Positions 37,155 to 51,060 are shown, counted from the stretch's first letter. The stretch is DNA of 64,000 bases from Camelus dromedarius (GCF_036321535.1 NC_087436.1:110734001-110798000), one strand, 5' to 3'. Numbers and translations are program-made. Notes: a model not told the origin generated them from the letters alone.

Positions 37155-37455
37155 TTATTTTTTTAAACTGAAACGTAATTCACAGACCATAATATTCACT
37201 CCTTTGACGTGTATGATTTATTCATTTTTAATATATCCACAAAGTTGTGCAACCATACTGTTTAGTTCCAGAACATTTTCATCATGCCCAAAACAAACCC
37301 TGTATCCATTAGCCATCATACCCACTTTACCCAACTCCTAGCCCCTGGAAACCACTAATCTACTTTCTGTCTCTGTGGATTTGTCTATTCTAGTAATTTC
37401 GTATAAATGGAATCATACAACATGTGGCTTTTTTGTCTGGCTTCTTCCATTTAAT
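37155..37455 (-). mobile_element. L1MB-type 3' end
   Basis: taattcacagaccataatattcac...ggaaaccactaatctactttctgtctctgtggattt. Confidence 0.8.
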
Positions 37456-37594
37456 AAAGCTCACTTTTACTATCTGTCTGGCCCCTGAATCTGTCTCTCA
37501 ACTGGTTTCAAAAAAGTGGTGTAAAGAGGGGTGTTATTCATGGAGCCCACAAAACCCCAAGTAACTTTATACTTCTTCGTTTCAATAACTATAC

Positions 37595-37699
37595 ATATGT
37601 ATACACACATATATATGTATATATGGAAAACAAAATCACTATGCTGTACACCAGAAATGAACACAACACTGTAAATTGATTATACTTCGATTAAAAAAA
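37595..37699 (+). mobile_element. Very short young L1 3' terminus
   Basis: tatgctgtacaccagaaatgaacacaacactgtaaattgattatacttc plus A tail; probable TSD aactatac (37587-37594 / 37700-37707). Confidence 0.85.
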
Positions 37700-37767
37700 A
37701 ACTATACTTTTAATTCCCAAGATTCATTTATAAAGCCACTTGTTCTTATTTTACCTAGTTTTATTTT

Positions 37768-37928
37768 TTTATATTTTATTTTTTTATTATTATATTGTTA
37801 AATTATTTTATTTTGGCAGGGGAGGGAGGTGATTAGGTTCATTTATTTTCAGAGGAGGTACTGGGGATTGAACCCAGGACCTTGTGTATGCTAAGCATGT
37901 GCTCTACCACTGAGCTATACTCTCCCCC
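37768..37928 (-). mobile_element. Vic-1-type camelid tRNA-Ala-derived SINE
   Basis: Minus strand gggggagagtatagctcagtggtagagcacatgcttagcatacacaaggtcctgggttcaatccccagtacctcc; imperfect TSD tacctagttttattt / taccagttttgttt. Confidence 0.92.
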
Positions 37929-39149
37929 TACCAGTTTTGTTTTATTATTTCTTTTCTCGTTTTTAAAATAAACTCTTTATATTATAATATATGTACAGAA
38001 AAGACTATAAATCATGAGTGTACATATATAAAAATTAGTGAATATCATAATCTATTCAACAAATAAAATATTAATACTACCCAAAAAGTCTCTCAAATGT
38101 CCCCTTGTAGCCTCTCTCTTCCTCATCCTACAAAATAACTCTCACCTTATCCTGCCTTCTAAAACCACATGAGTTTTGCCAATTTTTAAATTTTATAAAA
38201 CAGGAATCATTTGGTCTAGTTTTTTTGTATTGGGTTCTTTGTCGCATCTTGTCTGTAATACTTCCAGTTTTAATAGAAGACATGTCTTCGTTTTTCACTT
38301 TGATGTTTTAAACACCCGTAACACGAAAGTCTTTGTCAGACTAGTTTCCTATAATAATTTCGTCTGGAGTTAATTCATGTTCTGATTTTTTAAAATTTTG
38401 CTCATTGCCCTTTCAGTATTCATTTTTTCATGTGTTTTAAAATCCTGTTTACAAACTTGTTTGGAGTAGATAGATTTTTAGACATTTTTTTAAATGTTAT
38501 CTTTGTCTGTGTGTCTTGTTTTAGTGTTTCACACGTATGCCTTTTACACTCATGCCTAGAAGTTTTGTCGTTATGTCCACTGGTCAACCTGGTCTCCCAG
38601 GCCAGACCCAGGCCAAACCCAGGCGAACTTCACTCCCATGGGAATGCACAGATACAGGTACAAAGCCCGCTGGCAGCCAGAACCGAGTTGCTAGGCAGGA
38701 GGCTGTGTTTTTTCTCTCCTGAATCCCTGCTTCCACCTCTACTTCCCAAGCTCCCCACAACCCCCACAGTCCACAGCTTTTTAAAGCCGATCACCAGTTA
38801 CACATCATGAGTATTTTTATTCCAGTCTCCCTTCCCATGTGGTGGAGACTGTGCAGCCTTCATCGGTGGCATGGCTGTGCTCCCCGCCTCCCAAGGAGCA
38901 CGTCTGCAGAGAATAGGCTCCCAGAGCCATTCCCTGCTTCAAAATAGAAAGCCCAGCAGGTCTGGGCTGCAGCTGTCACCAGTGTTGTGTGGTTTTATTC
39001 GCCTTGAGTTTAGAATCTCCCACTAGGTCCTTTACAACCTTTTTTACTTTTTATAAATCTGTAATTGTGTGCTTGGAACAAAAAAGGTATTTACACAGCA
39101 TGAACACATTGCCCCATCTGGAACAGATGTCTCAGCTCTTTTCTTAAAC

Positions 39150-40530
39150 CCTTACAAGCTGATTTATGGCAACAATGCTCTCCAAAAGGGTTCTCAAGTG
39201 ATCATGTAGCTACTTCATCTAAGAGATATACTGGCTTTCTCTCAAGCCTCAACCTTGCTGATCTCCTTGGGACATTTCATACTGAGCACATCCCTGGGTC
39301 TAAGAAGCTCTCGTCTCACTTTTTCCCTGATTATCTTCCTTCCTCTGTAACTGTTCCTCCTTTAGTTTATACTCACTCTGTGAACTCCCATTCCCTTAAT
39401 GTATAAATTCTTCAGAATAAATATCTGAATTTGTTCCTCTTTTCTTCCTCTCTACCCTCTCCTTGTGTGACCTCCTGCAATTTCATGTCATCAAATGTCA
39501 TTTTTACTCCCAAGTCTCTGCTTATACTGCTAATGCTTCTTCCTGCTTTCTCTGTCACATTTCCCACTGCTTTCCGGACATTTCCACCTTAACAAGCTGC
39601 CAGCCTTTATGCCTACTCATCCTAACTCCCACTGTCCCCTCACCAGATCTGTTCCTGCTCCTCAGCACCACCACCTTCCGAGGTACTTAGATAAAAACTG
39701 CTAAGGTAACTTCTACTTCTTTCCTCCCTTTGTCCTCCACCATTATTCAGTCATGGCATCCCACAGGTTTGACACCACCCCCTCTTCATGGTTACTCCAG
39801 CTACTTCTCTAGTTAGAGCTAATAACCTCTTACCTGAACCGTGTAATGGCCCCCAGCTCATTTCCGACTCTCGTCTCTTCATTCTCCATTCCACCTGATA
39901 TTCAGCCCCCACAGTCATCTTCCTATAGTTCAGTTTGATCAAGCCATTTTCTTGCTTGAGAACTGCCAGTGCCTCCCCCGTTCCTGCAGAGTAGCACACA
40001 ATATATTTCGGCTGCCTTTCAAAAGACTCAATGACCTGGCAGAAATCTGCCCCTCCTCCGGCATCCCTCTACCCATGCGTCCAGCCAGTTATCCTGCTAA
40101 TCATGTCCTATGTTGCAGCCACACCTACCTTCCCCATGTCCCCTGTACAAAACCCCTTCATTTTCTCACATTATCTTTCCAACCAGAATTTCTTTCTCTC
40201 CCATCTATCTCTACAGCTTCAAACCTAACTACACTTCTCTATACCTCAACTGAAAGGCCACTACCTTTTCTACTTTATCGTTACCCATCAGTCAAAATTA
40301 ATCTCCCCTAAACTGAAACTCCTCTAGCATTCCATCTCCAGTTCTATTAATCCATCTATCCCTGTCATCAGCTAGTGTTTTTCTAAACATGTAGCATAAT
40401 TGCTATGAGACTATAACCCCCTGAGGACAGAGCATATTTTGCTATTCTCAGAGTCTTTCATAAAACCTGGCAAAATCTCTGGCTCAGCATAGCATTTAAT
40501 AAATATTTCCCAGCTGAGTGAATGCATGAA
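39150..40530 (+). mobile_element. L2 LINE (degraded RT region to 3' end)
   Basis: CT-rich L2 body ending gcatttaataaatatttcccagctgagtgaatgcatgaa. Confidence 0.75.
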
Positions 40531-43219
40531 AAACATAGTGGAAGACATTTGTGCCTTGGGTTGAAAGCTAAATGAGTTAAAGATTTTCTCCTCCCAGATT
40601 CCATAATCTTCTGATTCTCACAGTTATGATAAATCAAAATATATTACCTTAGAAAATTCTGGAATTTTAATTAAAAGCAGGCAAAATTAATAGCATCACC
40701 AGCAACCTTTCGGGAATATTTAGGCATAGTTTATATCTACTCCTGTGTAATCAGTAGGCGTCTACAACCTCAAGACTCTAAAGGAAAGTCTCAAAACCGA
40801 AACACACATAACTCTCCATCTGGCCACACTGTAGCTCAGGGAAGTGAAGATCACACCTGGCCTCTTAGTTCAGACTTCACACCTCCAACAAGCATTTATC
40901 CTGAGCACTGACAGGGTCACTCTGGCCTGGCATGAGGTATAGTCTAGAATGGTGAAGCTAGAGTATTTAATGCTAGGCTGAAATGTTTAGGTCTTTATCT
41001 TACAGACAAGAGTAAAGGAACTTTTTAAAGAGTGAAGTCAGCAGATAAAATTTGAATCTTTAGTAGAAAACTCAGCCTAGTGTCACTAGGATGAGTAGAA
41101 TGGCAGGGGCCACCCCCTCATATTCTAACATGCAGCAGAGCCAGATCAGGCATTCTAACCCCCTCAAAATTCGATTTATAGTTAGTATCTTGGCACTGTT
41201 TATCAAAGTGTAACAACACATTTTCAGAAAAAGTCTGAGCAAAAATTGTAAATTTGCCTCCAGGCATGTAAATGTTATTGCATAATTAACTGAGACATGC
41301 ATTAATGTGACTAAATTCACAAAAACAATCCCAATTAGAGAGCAGTATCTGGAAAGGTTTTTTTTAACCCAAGTGCCCACAGAATTCACTGTTTCAACTC
41401 TGTTTTGACATCTAAGATTTTTTTCCCCGGTAAAGGCTCACAATTTCAAAATAGCGTGGGCCTGAATGAAGATGGAGCTTGAGACACCTTAAGTGATGCT
41501 TAGAAGCACACTGCTGGGCTTTCCGCCAGCTCTGAGGAACATTTGTATAACTGTGCTCCCAACAGGATGCTTGCCTATCTCTGGGGAAGTTTTTCTCTAT
41601 AAAATCTCTGCTCACTTTGATAGTATTTAAAATAAAACTAACCATGTACAGAATCATTCAGAAATCACTACATCTTTCTGGAGTGTCATGGAGTTAACAC
41701 ATAATTTTTTTTTCCTACCACCAATATCAGCTCTTTAACCTTCCAGGCCTAAATAAATTCCTATTATGCTAAGTGAGAGGCATCTCAACTCTTGATTATG
41801 CTTTACCTTTATATCACCTCATGTATGAGTCCTACACATTATTTATTCCATCTACTTTATTTGATGAAGTCCAAAGATCTGGAAACGTGATACCATCTGC
41901 AAATGGATTGGGTAGGGGAGCATTGTAGGTATGTGGAAGCAAAGATGTTTCTGGCTGCACTCTGAACCCACCTAAGGCTTCTCTATTCTCTAGACCCTGG
42001 ACCATCACCTCTGACTCCACAGGAGCAGGCTAGTCATTCATCTTTAAGCCCAGTTGCCGTTTTAAGTTCAGATGAAAAAGCACTTAAAATTAAAACCAAA
42101 AAAATGATTTCTGTGTTTACTCTTCAGAAAAAAAAAATGATTCCGTATCTTCTAATTCTCCCCCTCATAGCTTGGTTTCAAGTGCTTTTAGTTATATTTA
42201 GCAAAGACAAATGCTCCTATTTAGTTACAAACGTCACATATCTAGGAAAGTGCTCTGTTTAAGGCATTATTTTTCATTTTCTTATCAAATCGGTACTTAT
42301 CCCAGACAGATAATGTCAGTGCCTACTGAATCTTTCCCTCTAGACCTATGCTCTTGGTTTCTGCTGTAGAAGAATAAAAATCTATTGCATTATTCACACA
42401 ATGGTACCAGGAAACTTCTCTAAGATCCTATGAAGAGATGACAGATTGTAGAGAATATATGAAGGGCCAGTGCACACTCCAGACTATGAGAATAGAAAGC
42501 CTCATTTTGTGCTTTAACCTTTGCACTATCCCAAATACCAAGTTTTCTTAAATGCTTCAAAACTAATTTTAGTTCAAGGATAGTTCTTCAAAATCCAAAA
42601 ATTTACTTTTACCTTGTATTTAAAGTAATTGATGGATAATGAAATTCTACCTCTACTAATACTACTATTACTAATAGTAAATAGTCTTTTTGGTTGGATG
42701 TGATTAAAACAAGCTTAATTCAAATTATCATTAGCAAACCGAAAGGGAATTCACAGGTCCTCATGGCTAAAAGGGATAATTTTGTAATTCTCAGGATTAA
42801 AGAAGAGCTGTAAAAGCAAAGTTCTTCCTGACTTAGTACTGCCAAGACTCTTAATCTCTTTTATGTCTGCCTTTTTGCCTTATTCTCTGTTTCTACTGGA
42901 TTTCTACCAAGTGGCTAAGGAATATGGCCACTGACATCTCTAGGCCGACTTCAGACCAGCCGAGTAACACAAGGGAGGAAAGACAGCCTAATTCCCATGG
43001 AGTCCACATATTGATCCCTAGAAGAAACCTGATTGGCCCCACCTTGATCAAATACCCCATCAGATGGGAAACTACAACCAGCCAGACTGGGTCAAGGGGG
43101 AAGGTGTGTCACCAGAATCAGGGACATAGGTGGGCTCACAGGAAAGGCTAAAGAAAAACAGCTTCCAAGGCACATTAAAAATAATAGTAATTGGTTATCT
43201 GTGTAAAGGTCATATCAAG

Positions 43220-43512
43220 AAGCCACAAATGAACAAGCGTGCTTTGATGGGTCTTTTAAAATTTATATTATTAGCAACATATTTATATTTGTATCAACAT
43301 TCAAAAAATCCTGAGATTCTCCTCTAAAAATCCATTATTTCCAGATTTTCTTCAAAAATGGAAAGATTTGATCACATTCCCAAATGTTAACAAAAACATA
43401 AATTAAGAATGCCCCTTTTCATTGGGACATATGCGTTCCCATTTACGCTGGCCTATTTCATTCATTCATGTCAGTGGCTTAACCCCCGCAGGCATTTGAG
43501 AGCATGACCCTT
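43220..43512. mobile_element. MER102-like hAT element, followed by a MIR (~43520-43700)
   Basis: Ends cccccgcaggcatttgagagcatgacccttg. Confidence 0.5.
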
Positions 43513-44284
43513 GACTGGTACAGCCCTTCACATTTCTGGGCATTATTTCTTTTCATCTTCTCAACAATGCTTTGGCATTGGTATTATTGTAACCCTGAGG
43601 AAGCTGAACTCAGAGAGTTCTCATGACATGCCCAAAGTCATGTGGCTAACAAGTGGAGGAGCTGAAACTTGTAATACACATCTCGAATCTAAGGTTTTAA
43701 AGTAGCACTTTTCAACTTTATTTTTAAGCAGTGAAATACTTCCCGTCAAATGAAATCTTGGGTGGATCACTCATTCACCAACTAATGGAAGCTGAGCTCT
43801 GTAACCGAACAAGGAGTGCAGGGCTGGGAGCTCAGGCTGGAGTCCCACCAGGCTTGGAGCGTCCCCTCACTTTTTGACTCCATCACTTCCCCTACTCTCC
43901 CCTCCAGCTCACCATTGGCTCCTAATGCCTTTTTACAGCGAAAAGTGGGAGATATTCTTGTCATACTTTTATTAAAGTGATAGGTATTAGTTACTCTCTA
44001 GAACTCTGGGGAAATCAACCCTTCGAGGGGGGTGAGAGAAATACTTACATAAAGACTTAACATAAATTGTAATATATAATTATGTGACATATAATTAAAT
44101 TATATATATTTAATATTCTTATATATACAGTTTTAAAAGATATTTGCAATGTAAATAAATACACCTGCCGGGCTATAGAAATAGTCTTCCAAGAAAAGAG
44201 CCTTCAAAGTTTTGTAAGCAAATAACTGAGATGAGAGGGAGCATATCAACCAGTCCTCATTTAGGAAAAGAAAAGCCATTCTAT

Positions 44285-44680
44285 TATGTCAACATAAAGT
44301 ATTTAATACAGGAGTTAGGGAATTTTACAGCCATTAGAAGATCTAGGGGAAGAGAGGCATAAGAAGTTACCAGTGAAATCACAGAAGAGCCACCCACGGG
44401 TAGCTTGGTCAGCAGCTGGAACTCAGCTTGAGGCAACAAGTATATCGGGCTCAGAGAGCCCAGGAAGCTGCACGGGTTTGCAGTGGCCTCCAGAGAACAC
44501 TGGTTTCTCCTGCTCTCCTGCTTGCAAATCTTATACAAATTCCTTTCATTAGGAAATTCTAAACTGGAGCAATATAGGAATGAGGACATGGATAAATGTA
44601 GTTCCTGACTTCTCTTCTGCAATGCAGAGAAAATATGAGAAGGGGGTCATAGGGAGGCAAAGTTGACAACAAATCAAACA
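44285..44680 (-). mobile_element. Old ERVL LTR (LTR41-like)
   Basis: taaactggagcaatataggaatgaggacatggataaatgtagttcc block. Confidence 0.45.
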
Positions 44681-45079
44681 GGGCACTTTTGGAACAAGTA
44701 AATCTGGGTAAAGAAAATAATGTATTCCTCATTTAGATGGGTATAGACTGAGGTATGTCTCCTCAAATATATCCGAGGTGTCTGCGTTCACTTTGCACAG
44801 TACGCCCTGGCTGTTCTCTCCCTTGGTGAGATGTAAGACTGAAGGTTAAGATTAAGAAGGGTGGACTTTGACCAAGAATTATCATGTGCAGAATGAGCAG
44901 ATGTGCATGCATCAAGGCACAGAGTGTTAGTAATACATAAGTTGAGATCGACTTTTAAAGGCAGCAAGACAAATAGACACCAGTAGGACTTGGTAGGATG
45001 GAATTCTTGGCAAGTATATATTAGTGGAAGTATAAAGTCTTCAAAAAAACAGATGTAATATAATGAAGGCTGGAGTAAC

Positions 45080-45548
45080 ATACTATATCAAAGGCTGCCA
45101 GTTTCCCACTTTCACAAGTCTCTTCTTCCTTCTTAGTTAAAAAATAATAATTTTTAGCTGGGTATATTGCCACTTAGAATAAAAGTCTACATTTTTCACC
45201 TCCCTTGTAGCCCTGTGTGTAAGTGTTTACCAATGATTATAAGCAGACGCATTATACAGAACTCTCAGGAAGCATTCATTCTTTTCTGCTTCTTCTTTCC
45301 TACTGCCAGAAGTGGGGATGTGATGGTCGGAGCTCCAGCAGTCATTTTGCACCAGGTAATCTTGAGAAATGGAAGCCACTGGCCAAGGATGGCACGGGAA
45401 AAAATACAAGTCTTAGTCCCTGATAAAACTGTGAAACCTACCTCCAGACTTATTTTACATGAGAGAAAATTAAGCTTCTATCTTACTGAAATCACTATTG
45501 AGAGAAGGGACTTTTTATAAAAAAGCCAGATGTAATTTCTAAGTGATA
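45080..45548 (+). mobile_element. Old MLT1 (J-like) LTR
   Basis: gatgtgatggtcggagctccagcagtcattttgcacc; cctccagacttattttacatgagagaaaattaagcttcta. Confidence 0.65.
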
Positions 45549-47004
45549 GATGATTGAAGTTGCAAGATGATGCTTGGAATGCAGGCTTAAGAAAAGGGAT
45601 GAAAATCTATACATAGGTAGATAGTTGGATTAAATAAATTACATAAGTAAAGGAAAAACATTGGAAAGACAAAATCATGATCAGAAAACACAGAGAATGC
45701 TAAATGGCTTAACACAGAGAATTGGGGGCCAACTATTAAATATCTCTTTTCATATCAGACCCTCATCCTCAATAAATTGGTTCCTCCAGGTCACAAATAT
45801 GTCACTTCTCTGCTTAAAGCCATATCCATTGTCACAGGATAAAACTGAAACTCCTTACCATGGGCTTCAAAGCCAGCCTCCTCTAACACCTTCCTGTCTC
45901 TCTGGCCTTGTTTCTGCCTTCTTTCCCATATTCCCCACACTTCAGCCATCTAAAAATGTGTGATCCCTCCTGGGTCAATCTGGAGGGTCCTCTCTGTCTC
46001 CTGTTCTCAACCTTGCCTTCCAAGTAGAGGTCCCTGGTCATCATTTTTTCAGAGAAAATCCCAGGTCATGGCTTTGCTGTGTGAAATCTTCTCTGAATAC
46101 TACAGATGTTCAAAGAATGGAGCTGCTACTTTCAGGTGCAGAAATTAGAAAAATATTCACAGCAGAGGTGCTATTTTAGATGACTTTGAGGGATGAGTAA
46201 ACTTTTGAAAGGCTAAGATAGAGGAAAGAAAAAGTGTACATCAGAAACATTATGCACAAATGTCAGAGGTGAAAAACTTAGCTGTTCATTCAAGGAGCAG
46301 CAAGTGGTCCAGCTTGGCTATAACACTGAATATACACATAAGACATCCTTGCTAGGCAAGCTCTAAATGTTTGACTAATGCATGCAGTTCGAACATTTAG
46401 TAAGAACTGTCCCTACATGAGAGTCTCACACTAAATTCAGTAGTTGTAAAGTCAAAGGCACAGTCCCTACCCTTAAGGAATTCGAATCTACTAGGAGAAA
46501 CAGCATTGCAATAGGTCATTTCAATATGGCTTGGGTTAATACTATAATATAGCCATGCACAGCGTGCCCCAAGAGCTCATGACGATGATTATGCTCTTAT
46601 TTACTAAACATTTCATGCACCAGGCACTTTATACACATTATTTAATTTAAGATTCATAGCAGCCCTTGGAGGCAGGAATTTTTATCTCTAAGTTAAATGA
46701 TGAGAAAACTGAGATTCAGAGAATTTAAGCAATGATATTCAAGGTCACACAGATGAATGAGTAGCATTCTTTCCACTACATCATCCTAACTGGGTAGACA
46801 GTGAGGTGTCACTGAAGGGTTTTGAGCGGAAAAATTACATACTCAGAGCTATGCCTTAGGAGGATTAACATGGTAGTGCTGTAGAGGAAAAAAAGACAGC
46901 AAAGAGACCAATTAGAAAGCTATTGCAAGTCCAGGCTTGAAACGATGAGGCTTAAAACCGGTTGTTAAAACAAAACAAAACAAAAAGACCTAATTATGCT
47001 TGTT

Positions 47005-47370
47005 GTGTGTGGCAGTCACTAGTGCTGTTCACCAAGTATGTTCACTGAATATTCTGTTTCTCCATCTTTTGGGCATATGATAGGATCATCCTTTACCACC
47101 TTAGCGTTAGGTGTGGTCACATGATTTGCTTTGGCCAGTGAAATGTAGCAGAATCCACTGTGCTCTCTCTTTTCCGTCTGCCAACTGATCCAGAGAGTAC
47201 TGGTCCATTAGCCTGGGACCTGGAGTGAGAATCATGTAGGACAGAGATCCCTCTGGCCCATAATGGACAAGCATTAGTGAAAAGTAAAACTTGTTTACAT
47301 TTTAAGTCATTAGGATTTGGGGATTGTTCGTTACTGTAGCATAACCCAGTTTACCCCAGTTGATACCACA
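47005..47370 (+). mobile_element. Old MLT1 (H/I-like) LTR
   Basis: ttaggtgtggtcacatgatttgctttggccagtgaaatg...gttactgtagcataaccc...tgataccaca. Confidence 0.7.
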
Positions 47371-47396
47371 TCTTTTCCTGAGCCTCAGTCATTTCA

Positions 47397-47773
47397 AGCA
47401 CTGCTTCTCAGATTTTAATGTGCACTCTAATGCCTGGAGATATTGTTCAAATTCGGACTCTGGTTCAGTAGATCTGAGGTGAGGCCCAAAGTACTATTTC
47501 TAACAACCTCCCAATCCCAGGTGGTATGGTGGATGCCACTAATTCACACTGCAGTATCGCAGAAGGCTAAAACTGCACTGCCCAGGATGAGAGCAAATAG
47601 CTACACGTGGCTACTTCAACTTAAATTAACGAAAATTAACAATCCAGTTCTACAGTCATACCAGCCATATTTCAAGTGCTCAAAAGCCACAGGAGGCCAG
47701 TGACTACTGTATTTAACAGCAGAGAACTGCTCACACATTTACATAATCACAAAAAGTTTTATTGAACAGTGCT
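47397..47773. mobile_element. Adjacent hAT MITEs: MER5-like (~47397-47555) and MER3-like (~47572-47773)
   Basis: cagtagatctgaggtgaggccc; ccagccatatttcaagtgctcaa...aagttttattgaacagtgctg. Confidence 0.75.
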
Positions 47774-50166
47774 GTTCTAGAGTAATATCCAGAAACAAAG
47801 TGATAACCAGCCCTGGCAGCTTGGGGGATGGGAATGGTCAAGAGACAGGCAGAGTTGCTGATATCAAACAGCAATCCAACGGAGAGTAGAGGGGTTTGAG
47901 TCTCAGGATATGAAGCTGAGACGGAAACAATGTGACATTCGATCCTAGTACAGGACAAATCCCTGCCCTGCCCAATCTTTTTATTTCCCCTGCGGATCAT
48001 TTTAGGAGATCTCATTTCAAGGTAGGCAGTTTGAGGGAGCTTCCTCTCTCTTTGCCCTGATCTTGTCTGTCCAATTTGGCTAATCTATTTACTTCCCCCA
48101 GAAAACACATGACACCAAGTATAACACTTGTTTTTGATCTCTTTTCCCTGAGAAATCAATAGCACTCAGAGACAGCGTGCCTGTAAGCACTGCCAAAGAG
48201 CTATAGAATTACACAGTGCAGTAGGCATGTGGCCATGTTTGGATGCCAGCTGCCGCCTGCTGCCAGTGATGTGCTACGTGCTGTGCCCCCTCCTCCTTTT
48301 CTACCCTCCCTCCTTCCCCTCCCTCCTTCCCCTGGCAGGAGTTGGGACATCAGGAGAGAACCTCCTGGGTCACCTCATCCTCTCTTCCTCACCTCCATTC
48401 ACACTGAAAATAGCAGGCCTCCTTTTTTAGACTTAGACTTGTGCAGGGGTTATTAACCTGAGATCCACAGATATAATGGAATTGTACGTAAAAGCCTGGT
48501 GTGTGTTGCATGATCCCTAATCTCCCCAAGACTAACAGGAGTGCAGAAGGACTATAGCCAGGCTCCATCCAGATTCTAGTGACCCAGTGCATCAGGGGAG
48601 AAGCAAAAAGAACCTAAAAGGAACAAAATGACTAGCTTAGGGAGAGAGAACAGACCGGAGTGACAGACTGCTTGACAGGGAAAGCTTATGAGTGTCTGCT
48701 GGAAAAACCACTGAAGACCAGAAGGAGTCAAGGACAATGTCATCTAGGAGAACAATGCAGACCTACACCTCACTAAACATTAACTCATTTTTCACCCTTC
48801 TCCATATCACTGAGGCTTTAGTCACATTCCCAGGGAATAACTCTAAATTGGTTAAGATTAAATTCCCCCACCTGGCAGCAAAGATTAGGATAAACATTAA
48901 GTTAAAGTATCGTTCTCCTACACCCAAGTTAATAGTGCAATTTCTTAGAGTCTACAGCTTTTCACAGATTCTCAAAGGACCCTTGGGCTAAAGGTCTAAA
49001 TCCATGCCTGAGGATCCCTGACAGAAGGTACGATGCATCTCTAATGCATCAAGTCCACCAAGTCCTACCAAGGGCCTCTCTGTTCCATCTTTCTGCCTCC
49101 TTCACAAACCAGAAGGTTTGATCTGAGTATCCCAACCCCACTGTTAATAATGTCACATGGAGGACTTGCAGAAATACAGCACTTCAGTCCTTCTCTGACC
49201 ATTCCACCCAGAGACCTCTACCAGTAGGAAAGAATGCATTTGTATCTGCCACCCTCCTCCCCACTCCAGGGACCTGTGGTGGACCCTCCACCAAATGGCC
49301 ACCATAAGCAGGTCAAGTTCTTTGAAGTCTGTGCTCCACCTTTAAACATTCTGAGTCTTTACTCTGTAATCTGGCCATGCTTGTTTAAATATAAAAATCA
49401 TGATTTCTTTAGGTACTACAAATACTCACAAAGGCAGGCCATGTGTAATCTGGGGCTGTAGGGACCTCTTGTCACAACACCATGGACTCTGCAGACTTGT
49501 AACCCCATGTGAGGAGCATGGACTTTGTTGATTCCTTGAACATCTTGCGTGCATCTCCCATGAGCCTAGCTCTTGTCAGATGCTTATAACAGAGATATAA
49601 AAAAACTTGCCCTCAAGGAACTCACTGTCTAGAAGATACAGAGAAGCCAACGGTCACACTTCCGTGCATGGTGCGCTGTAGCAGAGGAAAGAACAAAGTG
49701 CGGGAGACCAGCGGAGGGCAGTGAGACCTACTGAAGGTGCACTGAGATAATCCAGACGAGAGTCTTTGCTTAGTAATTCTTCCCAGAGGTATAAATCCCT
49801 TTAAAGAAGGGGGAAAAAAAGAACTCCTTGAGTTTTCTTGAGTGCCCAGGACCCTGTTAAAGGAAGAAGACCTCACAAGACGTTCAGGCAGAAGTTCTGA
49901 GCACTAGTTTTACCTTTTCTGCTGAATCACAATGTGGTCCCTGCTGGGGCAGCTGTGTTCCTGGGTCATAATTATCGCATACAACCCCCTAACCTGAAGG
50001 AGAGTGGAGAAGGGCAGTTGAGAAGCAAACAGAGCTGTCTGTGGCCACATATCTTTCCTCAGACTGGGAATTCAGTTCAGTCTACCAAGAAACACAAAAT
50101 GGGCCCTTGAGCAAATCTCTGGTAAATTTAGGATGGGTCAACAAACAAATCCATATCCCTCCAGTG

Positions 50167-50447
50167 CAGGGGTCAGCAAACTTCTATAAACAGCAAGACG
50201 GTAAATATTCTAGGCGTTGGCAGCCATACCTGGTTTCTGTCCCAACTATTCACCTCTGCTCTTGAAAGCAGCTTCAAATGAGCTCTCAACAAACAGGTAT
50301 GGAGGTGTTCCAAACCTTATTAATGGGCGCTGAAATGCATGTCATCTGATTTTCCCTTTCCAGAAATGTTATTCTTCTCTTGACTTTTTTGGTAACCATT
50401 TGAAAGTGTAAAAACTATTCTTAGCCCCAGCCTTTTGCCCACCCTTG
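50167..50447. mobile_element. MER58B-like hAT MITE
   Basis: Terminal inverted repeats caggggtcagcaaac / ttttgcccacccttg; internal gtaaatattctaggc and aaccatttgaaagtgtaaaaactattcttagc. Confidence 0.8.
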
Positions 50448-50769
50448 TTGTATTAGTAAAGCTGCTGCTCCTCAGGCAGTGATAGGTGTTGATTTTAAGA
50501 AAACCCTGCCGTCTGTGCCTGATTCCATGTAGCCACATGACTGTGATGACTGCAAACTCATTGAGGACATGGAGATGACTCTGTACATACAAAATAGTCC
50601 TCTTAATTCTGAGCAATCTTTTCAAATTGTCACATAGATACTACAGGGCATCTGGTTCTAGGAGGTAAAAATTTTCATAATTTTATTGTTTGCAGCAAAC
50701 AAAGAGAAGAAACTGAGTGATTTCATCATACAGAGAACGGGCACTAGCAATAAGACAAAAGACAGTGTC

Positions 50770-51060
50770 TGAGCCAGCAGGGACCCTGTGCTGTGATGCT
50801 GTGTCCCCAGGACCAGGCGCTGGTGGAGCCGGTGGCCTCCCGCACAACTTCCCAACAGCCTCTCCTGCCAGGATAAGCGGGATTCAGAGGCTACGCTGCA
50901 TTGCCGGGGAGGAGGGGTTGTATTTCTGTGAATAAGACGAGGCCCTCAAGCTGCGCACATGGCAGATACACATCAATTCCAGGAAATGTTATCACCAAGC
51001 ACAGCCTGCGTCATGAGCCACGAGCGAGGCCAGCTGCTCATGAGTGGAATTTTCTAGCTA
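50770..51060. promoter_or_regulatory. Candidate enhancer: GC/CpG-enriched unique island with STAT, CRE/AP-1-like, E-box and Rel-like motifs
   Basis: TTCCAGGAA 50977-50985; TGCGTCA 51007-51013; CAGCTG 51031-51036; GGAATTTTC 51046-51054; CpGs retained. Confidence 0.45.
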
